DNA of 64,000 nt from Candidatus Cloacimonadota bacterium (GTDB lineage Bacteria > Cloacimonadota > Cloacimonadia > Cloacimonadales > WRIO01), in the NCBI GenBank assembly GCA_029564175.1, contig JAKQQL010000110.1:56151-120150 (forward strand), read 5' to 3'. The notes beneath the pieces are model-generated. The model was not told where the DNA came from, searched no databases, and saw only the letters and a list, made by a program, of their open reading frames with translations. Positions 53,674 to 63,861 of the stretch are shown in pieces (position 1 is the stretch's first letter; every line of letters begins with the position of its first letter). A program made the position numbers and the translations under genes.

Positions 53674-53735
53674 TAATATGGTCTTTTCTTAATATGCTAC
53701 TAGTTAGAAATATAAATGATAGTATTGAGGTTTAA

Positions 53736-54110
53736 ATGAAAATATACAAATTGTTTTTTTGGATATGGGCTGTTGTTATCATTACTTTGTCTTCAGTTCC
53801 ATCTTTAAAAATCCCACTCAAAGATGGAATCTCATGGGATAAATTAGCTCATTTTTCAGAATATTTAATTTTGAGCTTTTTATATTACAAGTTCAAGTTT
53901 CAATCAGGCTATTCAGTCCAAAGCATTAAAACTCATCTAATATACATGTTATTTACAATTCCTTTGTTAGATGAACTTCACCAACTTTTAATTCCTGGTC
54001 GTCAATTTTCATTTTATGACATAGTAGCAGACATGTTGGGGTTTAGTATGATTATTCTGTATCTGGAATTAAAAACAAGAAAGATGGCATATGCAAAATC
54101 ATCAAAATGA
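53736..54110 (+). CDS. VanZ-like membrane protein
   Basis: DKLAHFSEY and DELHQLLIPGR..DIVADMLG. Confidence 0.9.
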   Translation: MKIYKLFFWIWAVVIITLSSVPSLKIPLKDGISWDKLAHFSEYLILSFLYYKFKFQSGYSVQSIKTHLIYMLFTIPLLDELHQLLIPGRQFSFYDIVADMLGFSMIILYLELKTRKMAYAKSSK

Positions 54111-55362
54111 TTTAAACTATCATGATATTTTACCTGATGATGTCTGGAAATGGAATTATGTCGAAAATGTAATACGACAAACAATGGAACTCTATAATTT
54201 TAAAGAAATCAGGACTTCAATCTTACAATCACAAGAATTGTTTAAAACATATCTGAATTATTTTTCAGAGCATGATGATTTGACAAATCATTTACTCTTC
54301 AATTTGAATGAAGTGAATAATTTAAGCTTAAGACCTGAAGGTACTATTACTGTTTTACATAGCTTGTTAAAGAATCAGATTAATGACATATTATCTCGTT
54401 TGTTTTATATTGGACCTATGTTCAGAAGAAAAAATATGACTCAATTTTCTCAATTTCATCAGTTTGGGGCAGAAATCATAGGTAGTAATGATTTACTAAC
54501 TGATAATGAAATAATCCTTTTAGCGATTAGAATTTTTAAGAATCTGGAAATATTCAATTTAACTCTTGAGCTAAGTAGTTTTGGTTGTGATAAATGCAGA
54601 CCTGAGTATTTAAGACACTTAAATCAGTTTGTCAATGATCATCAGTCACAGTTTTGTAATGAATGTCAGTACAATATCAAATTAAATCCTTTACAGGTAT
54701 TCCAATGTGTTGATGACAAATGTAAAAATATAAGTGAACAAGCACCTGCTATCATTAATCATTTATGCGAAGATTGCAGTGAGCATCTCAAAAGATTGCA
54801 GAGAATGTTATCAAACCTTGGTGTGTCGTATCTCATCAATCCCTTTATTCATTCTGCTTTTAATTATTACAATAGAACAATTTTTAATTTTACTCTGGAT
54901 CATCATGGACATAAGCATATCCTGGCAAACGGTGGAAGGTATGATATGCTTGCTAAATCCGTTACAGGAAAAAACTTGCCAGCAATAGGCTTTTCGGCTA
55001 ATTTGGAGTTGATCATAAAGATTATGGATGAAAAGAGAATATTTCTTAAACCAAAAAATGAATTTAGAATAGTCATTGCTCCAATGTCAGATGATCTTGA
55101 TTTGATTGTATTACAAATTGTTCAGGGGCTTCATGACAATAAAGTTCATACTCAGATTTTAAACTATACTGGAAGTTTTCAATCAATGCAGAGCTTAACA
55201 GATGATTATGAAGCAGATGTAATTGTTTATGTTACAGAAGATATGATAAGACAGGGAAAACTCTTAATAAAGAATAATTTGAAAAGTCATCAAGAACCAA
55301 TCTATATCGCAGACTTAAATGACTATGTGCTTCGTTTAAAAAAAGCAATTTCAATAATATAA
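54091..55362 (+). CDS. Histidyl-tRNA synthetase paralogue (HisS/HisZ family) with degenerate catalytic motifs
   Basis: DILP, LRPEGT, FYIGPMFR, QFHQFGAE, GGRYD and a C-terminal anticodon-like domain; several HisRS invariant residues are missing. Confidence 0.8.
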   Translation: MQNHQNDLNYHDILPDDVWKWNYVENVIRQTMELYNFKEIRTSILQSQELFKTYLNYFSEHDDLTNHLLFNLNEVNNLSLRPEGTITVLHSLLKNQINDILSRLFYIGPMFRRKNMTQFSQFHQFGAEIIGSNDLLTDNEIILLAIRIFKNLEIFNLTLELSSFGCDKCRPEYLRHLNQFVNDHQSQFCNECQYNIKLNPLQVFQCVDDKCKNISEQAPAIINHLCEDCSEHLKRLQRMLSNLGVSYLINPFIHSAFNYYNRTIFNFTLDHHGHKHILANGGRYDMLAKSVTGKNLPAIGFSANLELIIKIMDEKRIFLKPKNEFRIVIAPMSDDLDLIVLQIVQGLHDNKVHTQILNYTGSFQSMQSLTDDYEADVIVYVTEDMIRQGKLLIKNNLKSHQEPIYIADLNDYVLRLKKAISII

Positions 55363-55375
55363 AAAGGGAGTGATT

Positions 55376-55750
55376 ATGAAATCCATTACAACAAATCTTG
55401 CCCCACAGGCTATTGGACCTTATTCTCAGGCTACATTGAAAAAGGGAATTCTTTATATTTCTGGACAGTTAGGTATTGATCCTGTTACTGGAAATTTAGC
55501 AAGAACATTTGAAGAACAAACAGTTCTGGTTTTTCAGAATATTCAGGCAATATTATCTGCAGCAAATCTTACTTTTCATCATGTTGTTAAAGTATCTGTT
55601 TTTCTGACTGACATGAAAGACTTTGTTGCAATGAATGAAATCTATAAGAGATATTTCAATGAACCATTCCCTGCACGTGAAGCAATTCAGGTTGCAGCTT
55701 TACCAAAGGGTGGTGAAATAGAAATCTCAGTTATTGCGATGGAATCATAG
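55376..55750 (+). CDS. ridA: RidA/YjgF family deaminase
   Basis: APQAIGPYSQA, SGQLG, MNEIY, PAR and LPKG..IEI. Confidence 0.93.
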   Translation: MKSITTNLAPQAIGPYSQATLKKGILYISGQLGIDPVTGNLARTFEEQTVLVFQNIQAILSAANLTFHHVVKVSVFLTDMKDFVAMNEIYKRYFNEPFPAREAIQVAALPKGGEIEISVIAMES

Positions 55751-55776
55751 ATAAGTGGGCTAATGCCCACTTATCT
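55749..55776. terminator. Perfect hairpin after ridA
   Basis: AGATAAGTGGGC-taat-GCCCACTTATCT; no U-tract, so it may be a stabilising or processing stem. Confidence 0.5.
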
Positions 55777-55791
55777 GACAGGTACAAGTTA

Positions 55792-56955
55792 ATGAAAAAT
55801 TTTAAATGGATTATTCTGTTTCTTCCCATGTTAATACTGTCATGTGGCAAAAATGAAAAGTTAGTAGAACCTGCTTTCCAGGAAGCTTCCGGATTATTTA
55901 ATGAATTGTATGTTGAAAACAATACACTGATTGTTGAAACAAAAGCTGATCTGAATATCAGATTTGAATATTTCAAACGATTTGGTGGCTCAGAAAAGTA
56001 TTATGGATGGTCAGCAAAAGGGAAAGATTCTGAGTTTTCTTTTCATTTACCGTTAAACTCCTCTAATTCACAATATCTTATGAAAATCAGAGTTGAGAAT
56101 GAAGATGTTTATCAGGATACAGTAATCTATTTCACTGCCACACCAGATAACTATTCTTTTTTAGAAATGCATTTTATTGATGTTAAGCAGGGTGATGCCA
56201 ACTATATAAAAACTCCTGATAATAAACATCTTATGATTGATGGGGGTTATGGAACCAGAGGAAATAGTAATCTTAACTGGCAAGGATATGGTCAACCACT
56301 TGCTTTGAATTATATGTTGGCTCAAAATGTGAATCATTTTGATTATCTGATTGAAACTCATCACGATGCAGATCATTATGGCGGTATATCAGATATAAAA
56401 AACTCAGGTCAATTTACGTGGACTTATGATTTGTCAAATAGCAATACATATAATTATCAGGAGGGACAAACGCTTGATTTAGATAGTCCTGTTCAATTCA
56501 GAATATTAAATATTGGTTATCCGCCTGGTGAAGAGGATTCAGGAGATAATAATTCCAGTATTGTTTTAATGGTTAATTATGGGTATGCAGATATTTTATT
56601 AACAGGTGATGCTGAAGGTGTTGTTCAAACTTATATGATGCTAAATCCATGGTCTTTAAGTGCTGATATGTTAAAAATTTCGCATCATGGTAGCTCATCC
56701 AATGGTACAAGCAGTAATGATTTTTTGGAGACTGTTTTTAATCAGTATTCAAAAATAGGAATATTGAGTTTTGGAACAAACAACACGTATGGGCATCCTC
56801 ATTCCTTATATCGCTTTGCCAATTATACAATTTTTGGTACTGGTAATCCAACAAATCCATCACCATATCCTAGTCATTATTTTAACTGCGGCACTATAAA
56901 AACTTTTACTGACGGTCAGGGAATTGTCGTTAAGTACAATCAATCAAGTAAATAA
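55792..56955 (+). CDS. Lipoprotein with a ComEC/Rec2-like metallo-beta-lactamase domain
   Basis: Lipobox ILSC; FIDVKQGDA, IDGG, THHDADHYGG, NNSSIV, LLTGDA, KISHHGS and YGHP. Confidence 0.88.
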   Translation: MKNFKWIILFLPMLILSCGKNEKLVEPAFQEASGLFNELYVENNTLIVETKADLNIRFEYFKRFGGSEKYYGWSAKGKDSEFSFHLPLNSSNSQYLMKIRVENEDVYQDTVIYFTATPDNYSFLEMHFIDVKQGDANYIKTPDNKHLMIDGGYGTRGNSNLNWQGYGQPLALNYMLAQNVNHFDYLIETHHDADHYGGISDIKNSGQFTWTYDLSNSNTYNYQEGQTLDLDSPVQFRILNIGYPPGEEDSGDNNSSIVLMVNYGYADILLTGDAEGVVQTYMMLNPWSLSADMLKISHHGSSSNGTSSNDFLETVFNQYSKIGILSFGTNNTYGHPHSLYRFANYTIFGTGNPTNPSPYPSHYFNCGTIKTFTDGQGIVVKYNQSSK

Positions 56956-58783
56956 TATTTTTATTTTAAATTTTAAAAGAATTTTTTACAGACAAGCTGT
57001 ATGTTATACAATTTTTGTAAGAATAGTCTTATTATTGTTTTTGTTTATTATTTTTAATTTGTATGCAGAAGACAACAATGAGACAGATATAACACTCAGA
57101 AGTCGTTTCTACAAATCATTTGGAAGTAAAATATTCGTTTTTGATAAATCTGCAGGAGATTCTCTGCAGATTTTACAACAACAATTTAATTATGACTATT
57201 TTAAACAATATGATAATTTGATTGTAAGAACTATTTCGTTTATCATTATTGACCCTTTTGGTAATGTAAGTCAGAATGAAGATAAAAACTGGTTGACTAA
57301 AGGAAAAGAAATTGCTAATCATTTACACAGAAACACCCGTGATTATATTGTTAAGAACCATTTGTTATTTAAAGAAGGAGATCTTATTGATCCATTTCTC
57401 TTTGCAGAATCGGAACGATACTTAAGACAAAATGCTTACATATTTGATGCAGGTATTCTAATTGATAAAGTCGATGGTCAATACGCTGATATTGTTGTAT
57501 TTGTTCATGATGTTTGGAGTTTTCAATTATCAGGTAATTATAACCTACAGAATGAAAAAGGTACTTTTAAACTGAAAGAAGTAAATCTGGCTGGTTTTGG
57601 GGGAACATTATCGCTTATATTGAAAAAAGATCCATCATACAAACGTAATTTTAAACCTGATTTTGAGTACTCTTTTGCCAGATTGTTTGATAAATACGGT
57701 GTTGGTAAAGTATATTATCAATCTGATTTAGATCATATTCAATATGGTTTTGGTGCTAATCAATCTTATCTTCAAGGAGAAATGAATTTCTTAGGTGGTT
57801 TTAATTTTGATTTTTATAAAACCTCTGATTTGCTAATAAGCCCCGATACCTGTAAAATAAATTTAAATTATAGAGAACAGGATTTTTGGACAGCTTACAA
57901 CTTTTCATTCGATTCTGGAAATGAAGTATATAGTCGATATAAGCATATTGTAATAAGCTCCAGGTTAGTGCAAACCGTTTATCATAAGGAAGTAAATACT
58001 AATCATCATTATTATCAGGATAATGTCTTTTTACTGCTTGGTATTACCTTGTTAAACAGATCATTTTATCAGGATTCCTATCTTTTTTCTTTGGGTAAAA
58101 CTGAAGATATTCCGATAGGTAAAAAAATAGAAATTGTCTTTGGAAGAGAGTTTCAATCAAAACCTTCCAGAGATTATTTTGGTGTATCTTCTACTTCTGC
58201 AACATATTTCAATTCGGTTGGTTATATCTTGAGCAATATACGTTTTGGCTCATATCTCGATGATAGCCAATGGGATCATGGTATTTTAGATTTACAGAAT
58301 ATTTATTTTTCAAATTTATATTATTTTTATTATATTAAAATAAGGCATTATATAGCTTTAAGATATTCAAAAGTAATTAATCCATTTAACAATAAGCATA
58401 TGCTCACTTTAAACAATGAAATCAGAGGTTTGAAAAATTATCAGTATAATGGCGATAAAAGGATGATATATAGTATGGAAAATAATATTTATCTTCCCTT
58501 TACGCTTTTTGGATTTAATACAGCTTTTGTCTCATTTGCTGATTTAGCATTGATTTCTGGAGCCGGAGATACTATTATAAAAAATCCTCTTATTTCATCT
58601 CTTGGAATCGGATTTCGTTTCAAAAATGAAAAACTGGTTTTCCCTACTATTCAGTTAACTTTAGCATTTATACCTGATTCTGATAATATGGGAACAGATC
58701 CATACCATTTCTTTACTGAAAAGACAAATTTTTACCAACTTGATAAAATGTTTTATCAAAAACCCCAAATCTACGAATGGTAA
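56924..58783 (+). CDS. Putative Omp85/TamA-like outer-membrane protein (POTRA-like domain plus barrel); start uncertain
   Basis: TRDYIVKNHLLFKEGD..ESERYLR..IFDA (POTRA-like), IRG motif and SLGIGFRF. Confidence 0.7.
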   Translation: MSLSTINQVNNIFILNFKRIFYRQAVCYTIFVRIVLLLFLFIIFNLYAEDNNETDITLRSRFYKSFGSKIFVFDKSAGDSLQILQQQFNYDYFKQYDNLIVRTISFIIIDPFGNVSQNEDKNWLTKGKEIANHLHRNTRDYIVKNHLLFKEGDLIDPFLFAESERYLRQNAYIFDAGILIDKVDGQYADIVVFVHDVWSFQLSGNYNLQNEKGTFKLKEVNLAGFGGTLSLILKKDPSYKRNFKPDFEYSFARLFDKYGVGKVYYQSDLDHIQYGFGANQSYLQGEMNFLGGFNFDFYKTSDLLISPDTCKINLNYREQDFWTAYNFSFDSGNEVYSRYKHIVISSRLVQTVYHKEVNTNHHYYQDNVFLLLGITLLNRSFYQDSYLFSLGKTEDIPIGKKIEIVFGREFQSKPSRDYFGVSSTSATYFNSVGYILSNIRFGSYLDDSQWDHGILDLQNIYFSNLYYFYYIKIRHYIALRYSKVINPFNNKHMLTLNNEIRGLKNYQYNGDKRMIYSMENNIYLPFTLFGFNTAFVSFADLALISGAGDTIIKNPLISSLGIGFRFKNEKLVFPTIQLTLAFIPDSDNMGTDPYHFFTEKTNFYQLDKMFYQKPQIYEW

Positions 58784-59721
58784 CTATGAAAAACCTAAGT
58801 ATTGAACAAAGAATTAACACTTTTTCTCATTATTACAAACAAAAATATGGAAGAAAAATATTTAAAATTGGATTATCTACAGGACTAGAATGTCCTCAAA
58901 GAATTAATAATAATCCATGTTTGTTTTGCGATCCGATGAGTTTTATTGATCAACATTCAAAAAAACAAGAAACTATTACAAAGCAAATTGATTATTTAGC
59001 AAAAAAACTAATGAGTCAATATGGTGATATTGGATTGATTGCTTATTTTCAGGATAATACAAGTACTTACGGAGATTTAGATTATCTGGCTGAACTGTTT
59101 ATAGAAGCAGACAATCATGCTTTAATCAGTGAATTGCTTATATCTACCAGACCTGATTATATTTATCAGGAATTGTTAGATGTGATAAAAATGTTAAAAC
59201 ATGAGGTAACAGTTGAGCTTGGAATTCAAAGTAAACACTTAAAGAGCTTGCAATTCTTAAATCGAAATCATACACCTGATGATAACATAAGCGCATTAAA
59301 CCTTTTAAAAAAGAATCATATTCGAACTAGCGCTCATTTAATATTAGGAATACCTGGTGAAAGTAAGAAAGATATACTCCAGTCAGTTCAGTTTTTAACT
59401 GAAAATGGTGTTAGTGAAATTAAATTTCATCATCTTGTTGTTTATAAAAATACAGGATTAGCTGAAATCTATAATCCTGATCTGTGGAAAAGTGCTTATT
59501 GTTCTTTTGATGAATACATAGATTTGATTTCAGAAATTGTTCAATACATTAATCCTGAAATTGTTATTTCTCGCTTTTTTACCTCAAATATTTCTTGTAA
59601 AAAAGACGCGTTGAATCAATTTTCAGGAACTAAGAAAATTTGGATAAATCAATTGACAAAAATCCTGAATGAAAAGAATATTTTCCAGGGTTTACTATAT
59701 AAAAAACTGGAGACCACTTGA
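58777..59721 (+). CDS. Radical SAM protein, TIGR01212/YhcC-like
   Basis: CPQR..PCLFC, YFQDNTSTY, STRPD, ELGIQS and HLILGIPGE. Confidence 0.9.
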   Translation: MVTMKNLSIEQRINTFSHYYKQKYGRKIFKIGLSTGLECPQRINNNPCLFCDPMSFIDQHSKKQETITKQIDYLAKKLMSQYGDIGLIAYFQDNTSTYGDLDYLAELFIEADNHALISELLISTRPDYIYQELLDVIKMLKHEVTVELGIQSKHLKSLQFLNRNHTPDDNISALNLLKKNHIRTSAHLILGIPGESKKDILQSVQFLTENGVSEIKFHHLVVYKNTGLAEIYNPDLWKSAYCSFDEYIDLISEIVQYINPEIVISRFFTSNISCKKDALNQFSGTKKIWINQLTKILNEKNIFQGLLYKKLETT

Positions 59722-62700
59722 AAGATAAAGTAAAAGTTAAATCAAGCATTGATTATAGATTGTTAAAATACATAAAAATAATGTGTTTAAAACAGAATTT
59801 AATCCTCTATGCTGGAGCATTTATAAAATCAGTTATATTACTGTTGTTATCATTGAACCTAATTTTTACAATGACCTTAATCAATAGTTTAACGCCTTTT
59901 CAATGTTTTTTTTTATCACTTTCTGTTAGAATTCTACTTATTCTCTTTATCATTTATCTCTTTTTAAAGGCTCAAAAGGATGAAGTTTCATTACAAGAGA
60001 TAGCTATAAAAATCGATCAAATAGAAGGAAGTCATTCAGACACGGTTTCTAATGCTCTGGATTTTTACCAAAAACCTCTTAATGGTAATCGTGATATCAT
60101 GAACAGGTATATTCATAAAGCAGCAGATATAATTCGAAACATTAAGTTTTTCTATGATTATAAATCTATATATCTTATGATTATCCCATTGTTTGCTCTT
60201 TTATTTGGTTCTTCTATACTATATTTTGCAATGAATGATCACGCAATAAAAACTTGGGAGTTGTTTAGAGCAAAAAGAGTTGAGATGATTGTACATCAAG
60301 AGAAAATTCAAGTAAGTCCTGGGAATACACTTATTGGTATCAATTCACATTTACTTATTGAGATCATAAATCCTGAACCTGATCTTCGATATGTATTATG
60401 GATATCTCAGGGGGAACATTGGAAAAAAGAAGAATTAATCAATCCATATCGTCAGTTTTATAACATAGATCAGTCTTTTTATTATTGTATCAAGTCAGAG
60501 TATGGTACATCAGATACTTTTTTCGTGCAAGTAGCCGAAGAACCGATTGTCAAGAATTTAAATATTAAAATTAATTTTCCTTCATACACTAATCTTAAAA
60601 CTGCTTATTACGAAAATAGTGATGGGAACATTAGCGTATTGAAAGGCTCAAGAATAAAAATTGAAGCTACAGTAGAGGAAAATATTAAAAATGCCTTGAT
60701 GGTTTTTGATGATAATTCATATCTTCAAATGAATAAAACAGGTAAACAAAACTGGGAGCTTGATTTAACTGCAAAAGAAACAGTAAATTATCATTTTTCT
60801 CTTACAAATCATCTAAATGTTCAGTCAAAACCAATTAGTAAGACTCTTAATGTTATTTCAGATAAAGAACCAGTAATTGATATCGTTTATCCTCTTACAG
60901 ATACTCTCTTAAATCAAAACTTAAAATTTAACATATCACTCCAGGCATCTGATGATTTTGGATTACAGAACCTAAAAATTCATTACCAGATTAATCAATC
61001 TCTTCAGAAAGAAAGTATGATAAAAAAATGGTTGAACGGTACATTGTATCAATCGGATTACTGGTTAGACCTTGATGATTTTATGCTTTTACCTGGCGAT
61101 GAGATAACTTACTGGCTGGAAGTAGAAGATAACTCACCAATCAGACAGAAATCCCTTTCTAAAAAATTGAAACTTAAATTCCCTTCAATTGAAGAAATAT
61201 TTAACCAAGCAGAAACACAAGAGACAATAAATAAAGACAACTTGAATAAAGCTTTAGAAGAAACCAAAAAATTACAAGAAGATTTCGAGAAAAAACGTAG
61301 AGAATTACTTCGTAAAAATGAACCGGATTTAGACGACAAAAAAGATATTAAGCAAATGCTAAAAAAACAGGAAGACCTATCAAAAATAGTAGATAATGTT
61401 GCTCAAGAATATCAGAAGATGATCAATAATCTGGAAAAAAATAAAGCGGCATCTAATGAAATGTTAGAAAAAATGCAGAAGATTCAAGAAATTATGGAAG
61501 AAATTAATAACCCAGAGTTGCAAAAGATTATGCAGGAAATGCAAAAAAATATTGGTCAGATGAATCCTGAAACAATTAAAAAAACAATGGAAAATTTCAA
61601 GTTTTCAATGGAAGATTTCACTCAGAAACTCCAACAAACTCTGGATTTGCTTGAATCAGTTAAAAAGGAAATGACTCTTCAAAAATTATCCGAACTATCA
61701 AAAGAAGTAGAAAAGATGCAATCTTTACTCAATGAGAAAACAAAAGAAAATACGAATACTTCTGACTTAGCAAAAGAACAAAAAAACATTAATGATAAAA
61801 TGAAAAAACTACAGGAAGAACTCAATCAATCACTGAATATGTTTAATAGTGATAAAGATAAAGAAGTACAAAATGAACTTCAGAAAATGAGTCAGGAGAT
61901 TGACGAGGATGGTTTAAAACAAGATATGCAGGATGCAATGGAAAGTCTTCAAAAAAATGATGTGTCAAATGCCCAAAAAAGCCAGAAATCTTCATTAAAA
62001 AAAATGGCTCAATTAAGTCAGAAACTAGAAAAAATGAAGTCTTCTATGGGTGGTGGAGATATGCAGGAAATGATGGATGCTATCCAAAATACTATCAAAA
62101 GGCTATTGTTGTTTTCCAAGTTACATGAAGGACTTAATAATCAGTTTGTTCATGATCCCTATCCAATTCTTCAGGATATGATTGCTAACTATGAAGGCAT
62201 TCAAATGACTCTTCATAAATTATATGCTATGCCACAGGTGTTAATGTTCTTAGGTCAGAAATTCTTTTATGATGTATCAGCTACACAAACTGCATATCGT
62301 GAATTTTTTTCAGAGATTCAGGAAAACAGATTTCATTCTGTAAAGAATATGATGAATAACATTCAAAAGGGAATCAACATGATGGTTTTTGATTTGATAC
62401 AGGCAATAAATAATATGCAAAATAGCGGTGGCGGTGGTGGTGGTGGAATGCAAAGTCTGATGCAACAAATGCAACAGATGGGGCAAGAGCAATTGGCTAT
62501 GAACATGATGACTCAATCTTTGATGCAGCAAATGATGGGTAATGGTAATCAGATGTCACAGCAAATGAGACAACAAATGCAAAGATTGGCGACTGAAGAA
62601 CAAAGATTGGCTGATAATCTGAAACGTACTTTACAAAATAATCCCGAAGCTCAAAAACACACTCAACAAATCAAGCAGTTAACTGATGAGATTGAAGCAA

Positions 62701-62984
62701 TAGCAAAACAATTGAAACAAGGACGTCTTGATCAGTCTGTTTTAGATCGACAAAACAGAATTATGTCAAAATTACTTGATATTGAAAAGTCTGTTCAAAA
62801 AAGAGAGTTCTCACAGAAACGAAAAGGGGAAACCAATGAGAAAGAAAACTGGGATGTTCCAGAGAATGTGAAGAATCGGTTTAAAGATCAACAAAGAAAA
62901 ACTCAGTTGATGGAAGATATGAAAACATATCCAAAAGAATATCAGGAATTGATTAAGGAATACCTGAAGTCTATAAATGAATAA
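59718..62984 (+). CDS. Large membrane-anchored coiled-coil protein (DUF4175-like)
   Basis: Three N-terminal TM helices, Ig-like region (ASDDFGL, PGDEITYW), Q/M/G-rich coiled coil, and YPKEYQELIKEY tail. Confidence 0.8.
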   Translation: MKDKVKVKSSIDYRLLKYIKIMCLKQNLILYAGAFIKSVILLLLSLNLIFTMTLINSLTPFQCFFLSLSVRILLILFIIYLFLKAQKDEVSLQEIAIKIDQIEGSHSDTVSNALDFYQKPLNGNRDIMNRYIHKAADIIRNIKFFYDYKSIYLMIIPLFALLFGSSILYFAMNDHAIKTWELFRAKRVEMIVHQEKIQVSPGNTLIGINSHLLIEIINPEPDLRYVLWISQGEHWKKEELINPYRQFYNIDQSFYYCIKSEYGTSDTFFVQVAEEPIVKNLNIKINFPSYTNLKTAYYENSDGNISVLKGSRIKIEATVEENIKNALMVFDDNSYLQMNKTGKQNWELDLTAKETVNYHFSLTNHLNVQSKPISKTLNVISDKEPVIDIVYPLTDTLLNQNLKFNISLQASDDFGLQNLKIHYQINQSLQKESMIKKWLNGTLYQSDYWLDLDDFMLLPGDEITYWLEVEDNSPIRQKSLSKKLKLKFPSIEEIFNQAETQETINKDNLNKALEETKKLQEDFEKKRRELLRKNEPDLDDKKDIKQMLKKQEDLSKIVDNVAQEYQKMINNLEKNKAASNEMLEKMQKIQEIMEEINNPELQKIMQEMQKNIGQMNPETIKKTMENFKFSMEDFTQKLQQTLDLLESVKKEMTLQKLSELSKEVEKMQSLLNEKTKENTNTSDLAKEQKNINDKMKKLQEELNQSLNMFNSDKDKEVQNELQKMSQEIDEDGLKQDMQDAMESLQKNDVSNAQKSQKSSLKKMAQLSQKLEKMKSSMGGGDMQEMMDAIQNTIKRLLLFSKLHEGLNNQFVHDPYPILQDMIANYEGIQMTLHKLYAMPQVLMFLGQKFFYDVSATQTAYREFFSEIQENRFHSVKNMMNNIQKGINMMVFDLIQAINNMQNSGGGGGGGMQSLMQQMQQMGQEQLAMNMMTQSLMQQMMGNGNQMSQQMRQQMQRLATEEQRLADNLKRTLQNNPEAQKHTQQIKQLTDEIEAIAKQLKQGRLDQSVLDRQNRIMSKLLDIEKSVQKREFSQKRKGETNEKENWDVPENVKNRFKDQQRKTQLMEDMKTYPKEYQELIKEYLKSINE

Positions 62985-63401
62985 TTATTCTCCAATAATC
63001 TTTACCAATATTCTTTTAGGTCTTTTACCATCAAATTCTCCATAGAAAATTTGTTCCCATGTTCCAAAATCCAATTTCCCTCTGGTAACAGCTACAACCA
63101 CTTCTCTTCCCATAATTTGACGTTTTAAATGGGCATCAGCATTATCTTCATATCCATTATGATGATATTGTGAATAAGGTTTTTCTGGAGCAAGTTTTTC
63201 TAGCCAGGTTTCAAAATCCTGATGTAATCCGTATTCATCATCATTGATAAAAACAGAAGAAGTAATATGCATGGAATTACATAGTAGTAATCCTTCTTGA
63301 ATACCACTATCTAATAAGCATTTTTCAATCTGTGCTGTAATATTCAAAAATTCTCTTCTATGTTGTGTGTTAAAGACTAATTCTTTTCTATAATTCTTCA
63401 T
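62985..63401 (-). CDS. yjbQ: YjbQ/UPF0047 family (secondary thiamine-phosphate synthase)
   Basis: [19 protein letters not shown] and [13 protein letters not shown]; likely ATG at 63401. Confidence 0.92.
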   Translation of the reverse strand: MKNYRKELVFNTQHRREFLNITAQIEKCLLDSGIQEGLLLCNSMHITSSVFINDDEYGLHQDFETWLEKLAPEKPYSQYHHNGYEDNADAHLKRQIMGREVVVAVTRGKLDFGTWEQIFYGEFDGKRPKRILVKIIGE

Positions 63402-63515
63402 AAATGAACCTTTAGAAAGAGTGACCATAAGCGAATCCTGAAAACAATTGAGTATTTTCATGGTGGATTCTGCTTATGTGCACTCTAACGTTTTGTATTT
63501 AATTATTTTAATCTT

Positions 63516-63861
63516 TTAGAATGGTTGAAACTGGTTTATCTCCCAGAATAAAACTTCACTTTCTTGTTGAATCTGAAGTAAATCATCATAATGTTGTTTT
63601 TCCCATTTAACTAACTCTAAATAGAAATTTTTCAATGCATCAATTTCGGTCTCTTCAGCAGTTTTTTGATAAAAGTCAATTGCGTTTTTTTCAAGTAATA
63701 ACGCTGTAGAGATTGATGAAAAAAGAATCTGATTCTGGGCGATTCTTTTACTGAATTCTTCAGAAACAATAGGGCTGATCGCATGGTCTTTTGCTAGTTC
63801 AGCAGATAAGTCTGATAACTCTTTATTATCTGAAATGTCTTGATAAAAACTGAGTAAATAA
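63516..63861 (-). pseudogene. 3' part of a ferritin-like/rubrerythrin-family gene, apparently interrupted at about 63861
   Basis: ALLLEKNAIDFY..LVKWEKQHY..FW..QPF is the second helix pair. The first ExxH pair is absent and replaced by non-homologous IS-like sequence. Confidence 0.7.
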
